A stretch of 64,000 nucleotides of DNA from the human T2T-CHM13v2.0 reference genome, Homo sapiens, in NCBI RefSeq assembly GCF_009914755.1, contig NC_060926.1; one strand, 5' to 3'. Below are positions 27,812 through 42,988 of the stretch, in pieces. Position 1 is the first letter of the stretch. Each line of letters opens with the position of its first letter. A program made the translations under genes and the position numbers. The notes beneath the pieces are model-generated. The model made no database searches and was not told the origin of the DNA. It saw only the letters and a program-made list of their open reading frames with translations.

Positions 27812-28870
27812 GTCACAGATTATTCATGACCCCTAGTTAGATGGCTTCTTCAATCTCAAAAAGCAACAGAAAAGATGTGATTTCCTTTGCCGTGATGATC
27901 AATGGCTATGTCTCCCCAAAAACTTACTAACCTCAGGCATCTGGGGTTACTAAAGCAAATGGAAAATTATGAAAAGGAAAGAAAATGGAGATAAGTAAGT
28001 TAAGAATCGCAGCATAAATCAAAGGACAATTAAATAATTAAATTAATATTTTTATCAGCACAAAGCATAACTGATTCCACAAAAGAGGCTTGATGATACG
28101 GAAGATCCATTGAAGAGCTCTCTCTAAGAAAGAGAGTCAAAATCCATGAAAGAGCATATCGCAAACTGAAGGACAGAGACCCAAGAGCCAACATGTTTAG
28201 TGATATGTGATCCAGAAGAAAAAGCCGGAACTAATAAATAACAAAGATAAAATAGAGCAAAATATTCCTGAGCTGAGGAAAGAACTAGTTGTACAGAAGA
28301 AAATGTTTCCCAAGCTACAGGATAAATTGATAAAAGAGCAGCCCAATTGCTCTAATTTTTCAGTCTAGTCTTTATCTTTCAAGCAACAGAATATTTTTAC
28401 ATTTCTGGAGACTTTGCTTGATCCTCCTTACATCCTTAAAGTGGGGTTCAGACAGTTTTTGTCAAATATTATGAGTTATAGGAAAACCAGCATCACAGCT
28501 CTGTGGATTCATTCTTTACCCACGTTAAGAGGGGCAAACTGATGTTAGTTACCAAAGTGCTCTCTCCTGCCCATCAACTATCTCAAATGCTGTTCTTTCA
28601 ACCTGCTGACAGTCTGTTTTACCCATTAGACCTGTTGTGAACTGAACAGAAACACTGCAGTCAGACAACATATGAGCATGAGTTATTATGAGGGTTCTCC
28701 CTAGGATTTATATTTGTTCTCTACTGATTACCTCTGACCGACAACCCCCACAGTTAGGACTGAAATATGCTTGGAACATTTGCATCAGTTCAGGTTTCGG
28801 TCATAAGAGCAGGCGAGGAGATAAAGGGGAGGGAGGCACTAGAGGGACTAGTAAGGCACTACTGTCTTGA

Positions 28871-29327
<457 letters not shown>

Positions 29328-29411
29328 TGAGGGATACAATGGAGTGATTGCTTTGCTCAGCCACTGTTTGTGTGCAATTTAATGAGGTTTTCCTTTCTTC
29401 CTTTAAACATA

Positions 29412-29490
29412 TAGAGATGGGCTCTTGCTATACTGCCCAGGCTTGTCTTGAACTCCTGGCCTCAAGTGCTCCTCCTACCTCACCCTCAAT
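29412..29490 (-). mobile_element. FLAM/Alu fragment
   Basis: agagatgggctcttgctatactgcccaggcttgtcttgaactcctggcctcaagtg. Confidence 0.75.
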
Positions 29491-29967
29491 ATATGAGTGT
29501 ATCAAGCAAGTGTCTTAGTTGCAAACTAATAGAAGCTAGCTGATTAAGCATAAATGAAGTCGAGAAGTTTAAGTTGACATAACTATGGGAAGGGCTAGAG
29601 AACCAAGTTTAAGAATAGTCTTCTGTTTGTCAACTCTCGCCTCCCTAAAAGACCACTAGAAAAACCTGTGGATCATGGAAAGCTAAACCAATTAAATCTA
29701 CATAAGCAAAGGATAAGACAACCTTGAAAAATACTTATTTCAGAAGGGGGAAATCAGGGCAGATAGTTGTAGGGTATTTCAAACCCAGGCTGAATGATTT
29801 TCATGCCATTGTTTCAGGAGTGGAATTTCTTGGAATTGGGTATGGCTTATGATATAATAGCTTTGGATTGGTAGTCACAGTGAGGTGAGAAGTTTCTTGA
29901 AGAAGGAAAATATGATATATCCATACAATGGAAAATTATTCATTCTTAAAAAGGTAAGAAATCCTGC

Positions 29968-30073
29968 TCTGTTGAGGTTATAGGTGCACCAAAATCTCAG
30001 AAATCACCACTAAAGAACTCATTCATGTAACCAAACACCACCTGTTCCCCAAAAACCTATTGAAATAAAAAAA
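29968..30073 (+). mobile_element. Short L1PB-like 3' terminus
   Basis: ggtgcaccaaaatctcagaaatcaccactaaagaactcattcatgtaaccaaacaccacctgttccccaaaaacctattgaaataaaaaaa. Confidence 0.85.
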
Positions 30074-30189
30074 AGAAATTAAGAAATCATATCAGGGCTA
30101 GGTAATTAAGATTAAAAATTGTGCAACTACAAAATATGCATTGTGATATAGAATAAATAAGCCAAAAAATTTTTTAAAAAAGAAATCCT

Positions 30190-30556
<367 letters not shown>

Positions 30557-30984
30557 TTATACTAAGTGAAATAAGCCAGTCACAGAAGGACAAATACTAT
30601 ATTATATTACTTACATGTAGAATTAAAACAGTCAAACATATAGAAGCAGAGAGAAGAATGGTGGTTACTAGGGGTTGGGGAGAGGGAGAAATGGGGGAGA
30701 TGATGGTTAAAGGGTATAAAGCTTCTGTTTTGTAAGATAAATATCATGAAGATAGATCCTATTGTCTGTGTGTATGTGCGTTTTTAACAGACAATAATAA
30801 TAACAATAGTTGTTATAATTATTATTATGATAGAGGAGGCACAAGGAAACTTTGGGAAGTGGTGGGTATGTTTAAGGCCTTGATGGTAGTGATGGTTTCA
30901 CAGGTGTATACTTCTCTCCAAACTCATTGATTTGTGAACATTCATTAAGTAAAATTTTTCATGTCTCAATCAAATCTCAATAAA

Positions 30985-31255
30985 GGGAGGCCGAGGTGGA
31001 CAGATCACGAGGTCAGGAGAACAAGACCATCCTGGTTAACACGGTGAAACTCTGTCTCTACTAAAATTACAAAAAAAATTAGCTGGGTGCAGTGGCATGC
31101 ACCTGTAGTCCCAGCTACTCGGGAGGCTGAGGCAGGAGAATCTGCTTGAACCCAGGAGGCAGAAGTTGCAGTGAGCCGAGATCGTGCCACTGCACTCCAG
31201 GCTGAGTGACAGAGCGAGACACCCTCTCAAAAAAAAAAAAAAAAAAAAAAAGAAA
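30985..31255 (+). mobile_element. 5'-truncated Alu (AluSc-like)
   Basis: gggaggccgaggtggacagatcacgaggtcaggagaacaagaccatcctgg...poly-A. Confidence 0.9.
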
Positions 31256-32149
31256 GAGAGAAGGATATTGAAAAGAGAGTACATTGATAAGAATTGTGGC
31301 TGAAAAATAATGTGTCTAGCAGAAAAATTATGCATCCAGGATGTAGGGGAAAATGGTCTTGGGGGGATAAATTGTTTCCACCACATGAAGTGACTCAAAA
31401 CTGTATTCCTGGATGGTGTGAGCCCTTAGTGATTCTGATATTTGAGTAATTTTTCATTACTTTTGACCAATGAACACAACTAAGCTAGAAGGTTTCCTCA
31501 GAAGTGCCCCTGGGGTCAAGACACACTATTTCCTGCCTTCACTGTGTGTCATCAATGTGTTTTGTCCATTGACAATCAGGCGCATTCAAACATGCCAGTC
31601 AGTTTTCTAAACTCTTTTTCACCCTGTGAATTACGTAGAATAAGAAACTCAAAGAATTCAGGTGGTAACCTCCATCTCCCAATTAATTTTTTTAATAATG
31701 AAAACCTTCCTGTCTCAGGGACCAGATAGCTAAGTCAGCAGAGCTGAGTAGCTGGAATTAGAAATCAAAATTTTATAACTGACTTACTTAATGTGATAGT
31801 GAAGGAAACAAGTCCACTTTCATTTTGTGTAACAATGGACTGCCTCTTTTGTACTCTTGATTTCTATATAAAAATATTAAATAAACACATATTAAAATAT
31901 TAAATAAACAAAATAATCACACACTTAGCCTCTAGTCTCACCTGATAAATCCTCCCACAAAGTGGAGTGAATGGGTCTGTAATCTGTTTCTTTTCTCCTT
32001 CCCCCCTCTCCTCAAGTCAGTGAGCAAAGGCAACCCAGCTAAATGTTTTTCTAGAGGCCGTCTTAACTCCTAGGCCAGTAGGTATGGAGTTAAAAGGCCT
32101 GTTATGTTTGGATGTTTGGCTTTCACTATAAGATGTGTCCTCCAAGCTG

Positions 32150-32885
32150 TATTTATCAGTCATAGGAATGACATGTTCCACTTGATCTGCAAATAGCATC
32201 TCCACTCTTCCACTTACCCATTTGGTGGGTTCTACCATAGACTGTACCCACTTAGTCAAAGCCACCCTCATCTCTTGTCTTGATTATCATGAAGTCCTCC
32301 CCTGGCCATGTACCCCACAACCTCTACTTGCCTCCAGGAATCTCTTCTTCACATTCAGCCAGAGAGAACCTTTAAAAACAAGTTAGGTCATAAATTCCTC
32401 TGTTCAAAAGTTCCTAGTGACTTCAGAGCGCTGTATCATCAAGGCCTGATCCCCACCTACATCTCTTTCATATCTTACCTACTTTCTTTGCTCTGTGTAT
32501 CAGCCATGCTAGCTTCTTTGCTCTTTCTGGAACATCCTAAACACTCCATTAAGTCTCCTTCATTTGCTGTTCCTTTTGCCTGGAGTTTCTTTCCTACACA
32601 TAGCCACATGGCTATCTGTCCTGTTTCCTTTAAGTCATTCCTTGCATATCACCTTAACAGTGAGTCTTACTCAGACAGAGCTGTATTAGCTAACACCTTC
32701 CTCACCTCATCTAAGCATTTTTCAACTTTTGAAACAGTCAATTTCCATGTGTTAAAATTCTGGTTTCTCCCATTAAAATTAAAACTTGCTAAGAACAAGA
32801 GTGGATTTGTTCACTCTTATATTCCTAGGACAGGAAAAATGCCTGGCATATTGTAAATGCTCAATGAACATCGTTTGAAGAAATG
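32150..32885 (+). mobile_element. L2 LINE 3' portion
   Basis: agtcaaagccaccctcatctcttgtcttgattat...tgcctggcatattgtaaatgctcaatgaacatcgtttga. Confidence 0.8.
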
Positions 32886-34494
32886 AAAACCAAACTATGT
32901 CAGACTGGAAAACTGTCGAGGGTGACTGACAGGAACATTGAGGAATTTCTGCAAGATAGAGCCTGCATGGTGACCAGCACACAAGAATTGCCTGCAGATC
33001 ACATGTCATTGTAAATAAAGGGAAAGCCCGGATTCCCCAGGACTGTTCCTCTGAATAACCCACTACAGAATGTCAGGTGCTTGCAATTTAACTGGCTTTC
33101 TGTCAAGGAAGCACTTGCCACATTCTCTCTCAATTGGCACAGGACTCAGGCAGGGAAGAGGGTAGCTGTTTACTGACTCCTTTGAATCTCAACACCCCTA
33201 TAAGACAGACTCAAACCTTACAAAGGGTTGTCTTCTATCTGGCACTGTAACTGAGTCTTCTGTATGCCTTTCTACCCATATGTTAGGGTCATTTTGATTA
33301 GCTACAGTAAATAAATAATGAGATACAGATAAACTAAAACCAATGAATCTAATGAAGATCAGTTCATTGCCCCACTTTTTTCACTGCCTGAAGAATGTCT
33401 TGGGCAGAAGTAATAATAGGGTGATATCATGGCAATAAGTAAAGCATGCAAATAGGTCTATCATGGCAGTGTTTTAGGTAAATAGATTTTGTATGTAGAA
33501 CAAAGGGTAGCTTGTGTGCCACATGACACTTTGAGATGTAGTGTTAAATCTGTGATTCAGTGTTTGAAAACTGAAATTTGACAATTGGGCCATAATCCAT
33601 TCGGTTGGGTCATGAATACACTCCACGGTTACTTTATTATGTATGAAACCACTGAGCAAGCGCTGGGATAGCTGAGGAAAGAGGCTAAGTGACATTTGGG
33701 GAACAAATAATCTCATCCACATAACTGAGCACTTTCTATGCAGTGGGAATATTTCCATGTATTCACACATATCCTCACACTCTGGGCCTATTCTGAAAGA
33801 TTGAACCACACCACTCTTCCCTAAATGTCCTTGTAACCAATTATGTCATCCTGCTTTATTCAAAACCTTGACCATCCAAGGAAATTATTTACCATTGTTG
33901 ATTAATCAGCATATCTTTGAACTTCAAGCTACCTCTTTATTCCAGGCAGGGTGGAAAACTAGATGTGCTACTTGGCCGGAATGACTTCTGTTTCCTATTG
34001 TCTTTCTGCTACTAATGTGCCTCTCGCACTCATATTCTGAATGAGGCTATACTGTTGCAGTATTCTATTTCTGTGCATAACTGGGATGTGAGGGGTTGTC
34101 TATAATGTGGGCTCATTTTCTGCTTCTTGATAACTGATCCTGGGTATTGAGCAAAAGTAAGTCCATCTGGCCTCATTATAATTCCTAGGGTGCCATTTTT
34201 TCCCCCAAATAATTCTTTATCTTTCATATAAGAAATATAGAAAGGCTTTGAATTCAGCAACTCACAGCTACCCATGGATTTGAATTTTGAGTCTGTGTTT
34301 CAGCTATCTCAGCCCTGTGGCTAGAATTGATACAAGGTTCTTATCACTTAGACACAGAAATTCCATGATTTTCTATCTTTGCCTTGAATGTAAGACTTTG
34401 TGCTTGTCATCATTTTTAATTTAAGTTGTCCAGAACAGTTAGAAGAAACCATCTCACACTAGAATCCTTTAATTTCTCATGTCGTTCATGTCAG

Positions 34495-34715
34495 AATGTG
34501 TAGTGTTTAAGAGCATACACCCTGGAGCTAGACTGCCAGGGTTTGAATCTTATCTCTGTCATCAACTAGGTGTAGGCAAGCTGTTAATTATCTGTGCCTC
34601 AGTTGCCTCGTTTTAAAGAAGAGAATCGTAATGAAGATCAATTAAATAAATTTCTATGAAGTGCTTAAAGTTGGGTAAGACTCTGTAAACACTACATAAA
34701 TGTTTAATCTTATCA
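34495..34715 (+). mobile_element. MIR SINE
   Basis: tagtgtttaagagcatacaccctggagctagactgccagggtttgaatctt...tctgtgcctcagtt. Confidence 0.8.
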
Positions 34716-35127
34716 TTTTTTCTATGGATTGGCCACTAGCCATGTCATCATTAGTAACGTTGTTCAATCATTGTCTAGCTATAATTTATTTGGTTGTTTT
34801 GTCTTGTGCATCACACACTAACAAAGTTTCATCTCTTGATACTCATTGCATTTTCAGAGCCATCATCCTGAAGCAAGAGAGATAATCTCTTGAATAAACA
34901 ATTCAAGAATTAATTTTATGAATAGTCAATAGTTTTCTTACAAGAAAAGATACTGACTTGAGTGGATTAATCACAAAAGATGCCTTTTTAAATTCGTTTA
35001 CTTTGTAAGATAGTGGGTAGCTCACAGAACTGTTGAAATGACTGCCAAACTAATCTTGCCAAAATATAATGCTATCCTCAGTGTTTCTGGCACACTCAGT
35101 AGTTTTCCTGTCTAGTACTGATTTTTT

Positions 35128-35945
35128 TTTCATTTATTCAAAATGTATTAATTGAGCATTTACAAAGTGCCAGGCACTTCTGTTTCAGGACTACAACAGT
35201 GATCAAATCTGTCTCTGTTCTTAAGGAGCTTAGAGTTTAATAGGAAGAGGCAGATCATAAACACTTAGGAATAGACTAAAACTTGAAGGATGGTTCGATG
35301 AAATGAAGAAGGAAGATGCTGTCATATATTTTGGTCAGAGAAGGCCTCTCTCTGTGTGACTTGAAAGAAGCCAGGAAAATAGTCACGAGTTTATCTGTGA
35401 GAAAGGAACTCCCGGCAGAAGGAAGAGCAAATGGAAAGAGCCTTAGGGAAGATCATGTTTAGTCTATTCCAAAAACAGCAATAAGGTCAGTGTGGCTGGG
35501 AGAGAGAGGGCAAGAAAGAGCATGGTAGGTTGTGGCATCAGAGATGTAGAGGGGGGTCAGAACTTTAGATTGTGTTCTGAAGTCCCTGGGAGATTTTTAA
35601 AAGAAATATAAGATCTAACTTGTTTTTAAAGAATCACTCTGGCTTCTTGTGAAGAATGGACTCAAAGAGATGGTTAGTGGCAGTGGCAAGAGAAGGTTAT
35701 TACGATAGTCAAGCCAACTAGATTAGTACAGTCTGAGGTAGAGCCCATTGAATGAGTCAGTGGAAGAATGGAGATCCTACTTGCTAAAATGAGAATGAGT
35801 AGAGGAAAAGAAAGTTCATGGAAAAGGTAAGTTTGCAAAATGCAAGTGTTTTGGAGGGGGTCATATTAAATTGGATATGTCATTTATATAACTGTTGAAA
35901 TATCAAGTAGAAAGGTAATAGGCGTTTGGAAATAAGGGGAGAAGC
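35128..35945 (-). mobile_element. L2 LINE fragment
   Basis: ttcatttattcaaaatgtattaattgagcatttacaaagtgccaggcac...aaaagaatcactctggct. Confidence 0.8.
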
Positions 35946-37303
35946 TCCTTTTTTATTATGTATGTATGTGTGTTTGTGTGTGTACACATATACATATATA
36001 TAACATATTTGTGTCATTTCAATAGGAATTTGAGATAAAGCATAGTTAAATTATTTTAAAATGATTCCATCTTGAAATTGAAACTGAAATTTTATTAGGT
36101 ACCAAGAAACAAAGTTAAGCAGAAATCATGGAAGGTCATTTTCATGTAGAAATTTTGTAAAGATTTGCTTTCTCGTATTTGATCTCTGGAAATAGCCTGG
36201 CTATTTTTTTCTAATTTTCTTGATGAAAGCCATGATTTTGTGTCTGTATATATATACACATACACACACACACAGATATGCAGACCTTTTTTTTCCTCCA
36301 GATTCATCTTATTTCAGTAGTTACTTTCAAATAAATAGGACTTGTGTTTGTGTTTGCATCTCACTATGCATATACCTCCTCCTAGGAGAACAATTTTAAT
36401 TTTACAAAGAATGTGTCTTAGCAGAGGGTTAGAGGACATCTCCCTGCCAAAGTTAGTGGTATAATTAAAATGTGTATGAGGCAGATAGATGGCAATTGAC
36501 TCCCTGCGGTTCCCTCTAATATAGATTCCCTAAATCACAGGCCTTGGTTATGACTTCAGCAGTATGTTGCCTTCTCCCTAACTACTTTCTTTACAATTGC
36601 CTGCACCATGCAGGGGATGTATTTTGCCTTACCAGCTGCAGAAAAGTGAGACACAGCACAAAGCCTGAGTATAATTTTGCCCATTTTCTTTAATTGAGGA
36701 TATACAATAACATGAAAGCTTCAAATTCACGGAAGAGAAAAATGGTTTCCCATTTCCTATGAAGTAAGCTTTAGAGAGTAAAATGACAGTTTCTTCCAAA
36801 CAAGCTAAGTGTACTCATTTAGCAAAGACAAGTTGCTTTGGATATCACAGTTTAAGAGAACATTGCCCATACTGAGGTGTGTCTTTTAGAGCTGTACATA
36901 CTTAGTAGAAGACAGAATTGAGTATTGGTAATTGAACATGAGAATCGTGAAGACAGAATCACACAGGCAGAACATGAAGCTTAGGTCTGCAGAGAAAAAG
37001 AAAACTTTGAGTAAGTAATCAAGAAAAAAAAAGTATCACTATTTACTACAGTTGTATAAATGCATAATTGAAGGCTGACAATATCTACTCCCAAATATAA
37101 TATAAACCCAGAGTAACCTTACTCGTCATAGCCAAAATACTGAAAACAACTTAACTATACATCCTCAAAAGAAGAGAGAAATCATGGTTTCTTCACACAA
37201 TAAAATTATAAGTAGCTGTTAAGAGTCATGAATTAGCGCTGTCTACAACAATATAAATGAATCTTGCAAACATAATAGTAAAATTGAGAGAAGTTATGGG
37301 TTA

Positions 37304-38118
37304 TGTAGGAAGAAAACAAACCCAAATTGTTTTTTCTATTCCTTCGCTCAACAACAATCAATAGAGAAAATGTCTGTGACCAAATGTGTGGAGATTTCTT
37401 CCCACCAATAAGTAGGCAATCAGTTCTGCAGTGGACACTAGCTAGGTAGGTGTCCTCCAATTTAATCCAGACACTATCTACCTGGAGACAGCATCAGAAC
37501 CCACAGGTTGAGGGCTCAGTCCCACAAGACTGCCCCCTACATCTTATGCCAATAGTAGGCCTAGGTTGTTTTACCTGTGCTTCTGACCAACTGGTTATAG
37601 ATTGAGGTTCCAACAACCCTCTCCCTGTGTTTGACTAATTTACTAGAGCATCTTACAGAACCCAGGGAATCACTTATTTACATTTACCAGTTTATTATAA
37701 AGGACAATACAAAGGATAGAGATGAAGAGAGGCATACCGCAAAGCATGGCAAAAGGGGCGAAGAGCTTCCATGTGTGCCAGAAACTTCCAGCTATTCAGA
37801 AGCTGTCTGAACCCAGTCTTTTTGTGTTTTTATGGAAACTTCCTTCTGTAGGCATGATGGATTAAGCCATTGGCCATTGGTGATCAACTTAACCTTCAGC
37901 TCCTCTCCCCTCCCCAGAGGATGGGGATGGGAATGAAAGTTCCAACCCTCTAACCCTCTAATTCTGCCTTTCTAGTGACCAGACACCATCATGAAGCTAC
38001 CTAGGAAGTAGAAGCCATCAGTTAGCATCAGTTAACTCATTAGGATACAAAAAGACATCACTTTAGAGATTCCAAGGATTGGGACGAAGACCAAATAAAT
38101 ACATTTCACAATATCACA
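37304..38118 (-). mobile_element. MER21-family LTR inserted into an old L1 3' end (about 37100-38275)
   Basis: gacactatctacctggagacagcatcagaacccacaggttgagggctcagtcccacaagactgcccc; ends catttcacaatatcaca. Confidence 0.85.
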
Positions 38119-38476
38119 AGGTAAACCTTCGGGGTTGATGCCAGTGTCTATTTCTTGACCTGGTTGATGGGTATAAGGGTGTTTGCTTCAACATAATTCA
38201 GAAAGCTGTATGTTTTTGTTTTATTTACTATTATTTATGTGTGTTACACTTCAGTAAGGAAAAGTTTTAAAAGTTGAATGCAGAAATCTACCTGAAAGGA
38301 TGAGTTAGTAAAGTTCTAGCTATCAGAAATTTTACAGGAGCCCTATTTAACTTTGATTGCTACTAAACACAAGCTACAGCGAAAGAAAAAAATAATATTC
38401 TCCTTAAGCTACATTAATACAAAATCACAGAGGGGGCAAAAACTAGTTTGTGACTGTTGTTAATTTTGCCTACTAG

Positions 38477-38805
<329 letters not shown>

Positions 38806-40074
38806 AGGAAAGATATCTTCTAATTGAGAAAAAAAAAATTGCTATTTTGAATGTAGAAAGAAGCCAGCAGTGGGAAGAGTGTGGAAGGAGACATCAAGAG
38901 TGAGCTGAATTGCTCTGCCTAGAAAAATACCAAGAAGGAAATTGGGAGAGATTAAAAACTGGCAGGTGGGATAGGAAGGTGGGCTTGAGAGATGCATCTG
39001 GGTACCTATCTTTTCTGTAAAGTTTAATGTGCACACCTTGAGCTGTGTTTCCATTTAGTTCTGCATAAAAATCACAGAAAAGGCAACAGCCGCAAGAGGT
39101 ATGAATGCTCAATACTGAAAAAAGTTTAAAAAGCACAAACAGGAAATGCAAGGAGTGCAAGAAGTAACTAAAAGTAATGTTAGCCTTTTCAAAACAACAA
39201 CGGATAAACCCTAGTAACACGAAGACAGACACGAGTAGTCCTTCATATGTGAGATGGGGTTCAGGCCATTTAATTTAAATTTTATAAGACAGGGTTGTTC
39301 CAGAAAGCTGAAATATTTAGGTACATCTGGGTGACATAAATGTTTGCATAGTATCTCTGTTAACGTAGCACTTTTCACATTTCATCCTCACCAAAATCCT
39401 TTTCGGTATTATTATTAACTCTATGTTACATATAAAGGTGCTGAGAATCAGGGCAGTTCATGCTACTGGTATGTGATGGAGCCAGAGAGATCAAAATAAT
39501 TCTATTTTCTTTCCACTGAATCCCAGCAGGTCAAGAAAACCAATAGTTTTCTAAAACAAATTCCATGTGAACTAAGTTACCTATCATCTGTGAATATTTT
39601 ATCCTGTAATTGGATCCAGGTATGATACAAATTTTGTTTCATCCTTTTTAAAAAAAGTGTTTTGGAGAACATATTATATTTGATGTTTGGAAAGCCCAGA
39701 AAATAATAAAGGAAAAATTCATTCATTATTCTCATTATTCAGAGATAGTTTATAAAGTACAGAAAGAGAAAGACTAGACTATCTATCACTCTAGGTCCCA
39801 GATTCCATAGCAGAGCTCTAAGAGAGCAAGAAACAAAAATATTAATATTACTACTGGAACTATAAATTAGTGAGAAAATTAGTCCTTTAAATGCTCAGTT
39901 GTTTAAGCAATTAAATCCCTTTGGGGGTGGTAACAAATTTAGTGAACTGTCACCTTAGAAATGAGTGATTCAAGCCATTTTTAGGAACATAGAAACTGCT
40001 GCAGGCTTTGGAACATCACAGACTTTGGTTGGAAAACTGGTTAGAATATCTAGTCTGTCATGTACTTTGTAACA

Positions 40075-40575
40075 TTTTTTAAAATTTTAACTTTTATTTT
40101 AAGTTCAAGTGTACATGTGCAGGTTTGTTATGTAGATAACTTGTTGTATAGATTATTTTGTCACCCAGGAATTAAGGGTGGGGTTTGTTGTACAGATTAT
40201 TTTGTCACTCAGGTATTAAGCCTACACCCGTTAGTTATTTTTCCTGATCCTCTCCCTCCTCCCAACCTCCACCCTCCAATAGGCCTCAGTGTGTGTTGTT
40301 CCCCTCTATGTGTTCATGTGTTCTCATTGTTCAGCTCACACTTATAATTGAAAAATGTAGTATTTTGTTTTCTGCTCCTGCATTAGTTTGCTAAGGATAA
40401 TGGTCTCCAGCTCTATTCATGTCCTGAAAAGGGATATGATCTTGTTCTTTTTATGGCTGCATGGTATTCCATGGTATATATGTACCACATTTGCTTCATC
40501 CAGTCTATCATTGATGGGCATTTAGGTTGATTAAATGTCTTTGCTATAGTGACTAGTGTTGCAATGAACACGCAC
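40075..40575 (-). mobile_element. L1PA (old primate) 3'UTR with an internal ~35-bp duplication
   Basis: gtacatgtgcaggtttgtta...ttttttatggctgcatggtattccatgg-like text; tgtayagattattttgtcacycagg occurs twice. Confidence 0.88.
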
Positions 40576-40589
40576 AAACTATATACATG

Positions 40590-40790
40590 CAAACTATAGC
40601 TTGCAGGACAAATCTGGCCTACCACCTGCTTTTGTAAATAAAGTTTGATTAGAACACAACCAAGTCCATTTGCTTACATCTCGTCTGTGGCTGCTTTCAC
40701 ACTACAACAGCAGAGTTCAGTAGCTGTGATAGAGACCATATGGCCCACAAGGCTGAAAATAATTATCAGCCGGCTTCTTACAGAACAAGT
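40590..40790 (-). mobile_element. MER58A-like hAT element
   Basis: gcaaactatagcttgcaggacaaatctggcctaccacctgcttttgtaaataaagttt...gagaccatatggcccacaagg. Confidence 0.8.
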
Positions 40791-40792
40791 TC

Positions 40793-41139
<347 letters not shown>

Positions 41140-42937
41140 TAGCTTTTGATATTAGAATATTGTATATAGAAGGGGCATTGCCAAATCAAGGATCAATTTC
41201 CGTTGCCTTGGCTTTTTAAAAGGGTTATTAAAGTTAGAAATAATCATAATCATTCCATCTTGCTATACGTCTTGCAAATTTTAGCCACTAGCATAAGAGA
41301 AGTCAGACGTTAGTTTGAAAAATCATGCAAAGTTATTATTATTACTGCAAAAACCCAAATGTACTGAGCATATAGAGTAATAACATAGGATTTCCTTTCT
41401 GTAAAAATCATGACCTTTGTGATTATGCAATATGATCCTTATTGGCAAAAGATGCATCATGAAAATAAAGACTACCATTTTTTGTTACATAAAGACATTG
41501 TAAAATATAAAAGTTTGCAGGTATTATTTTTTCATTACTGTTTAATTGCAACAGTGACAGTAACACTAAGCATTCATTAAATGCTTACTGTTTGCCTGAT
41601 TCAGAGTTATATAGGCAGTCTATGATTTAATAGGTTCTAAGAGTTGGAATATGATCTGATATTTATTTTCTTCAGGTATCTTTATATTTTCTAAAAGTTT
41701 ACAATCGTCTTCTGTGTTTTATAATTAAGAATAAATCGAAGCACTTTTTTACAAGTGGAAAGAAAAGCAAATCTAGCTACTGAAACTCACCAAACTTATA
41801 CCTGCCTCAGCTTTCGTCATTAAAATTTGGGGGAGAATGCTAAAGGCAGCCAAAGACAAAAATAAACGAGAAAGGAGACCAATAGTGGAGTTACAGGTTA
41901 AAAAAAAAAAGGCAAGAAATAGGAATAAAAACAGCGGCCTAAGGAAACTGAAAATAATAAGCTAAATAATAATGATAATGACAATGATAATAAGCAGACC
42001 CAATGTGAGAAAAAAAAAAGATTTGAAGTCATACACTATTTCGAGGGCAATAACCAAGCAAAAAAGGAAAGGAAATACAATTCATACAAATCACAGAGTT
42101 TGAAGAAAGCCATGAAAACATATTTGGCTTCATCAGTAAGTGCAGCAAGAAGCTAAATGAAGGTAGAATAAAAGACTGTCAGAAATCAGTTTAGTAAGAA
42201 CATGATTGATACAAGCAATCTGAAGTTGGAAGGGAAATATATTATTTTCCATGTTTTATTCTAAAGAGAACTGCCGTATGGCTAGATGAATGGAATACAA
42301 GATGTGTAATATATAATTGAGAATAACTTTTATATTCCACACATCTGAGAGAGGAATGAAAGGAAGGTGGACAAATTCCAATAAGCTATCATCAAATACC
42401 TTACCATTCAAAAGAAATCTCAAGTGGTTTCTTCGAAGTTGATGAGAAGAAAAAACAGGTTTCCACTGGCCACGAACTAAAGAAAAAATCCCCACCAATT
42501 ATACACTGACGAACCAAAAATATGAAGGCAGATCTAATGTGGGGGACTGTCCTAGTGTCAGGGCTGAAAATCCTACTAAACCCTTCAGACTAGGGCAAAC
42601 CCTTAGTAGTCAGGTCCTATTGCCAATACTCATACCCAGTCTTAGGAAAGAGACCCACTAAGCAAATCACCTGCTCATTAACAGGGACTATCATACCCAC
42701 AATGCTCACTACCTTAATGCCCAAACATACAGATAACCCTGTCTTCTCCTAGTCAAAGGTGGCACAGATAAGGACACAGTAGTCATGAGCTTTTGCCCAC
42801 AGTAAACTGGATGATTACTGAAAGAAAGGGAGGCTGACAAGGAGAGCCTGTGATTAAGGTAGAAAAGGTTTTCAACCAGGGCCCTTTCAAGCAGCACTGA
42901 GAACATTTCAGCTTCTTCCTTCCAGCCTTGGAGAGGA

Positions 42938-42941
<4 letters not shown>

Positions 42942-42981
<40 letters not shown>
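42942..42981. repeat. (AC)20 microsatellite
   Basis: Uninterrupted dinucleotide run. Confidence 0.97.

Positions 42982-42988
<7 letters not shown>

Noticed and set aside
32308-32856. Longest ORF (182 aa)
   Set aside because: Lies wholly inside a decayed L2 3' region; L/S/F-rich composition and no recognisable domain
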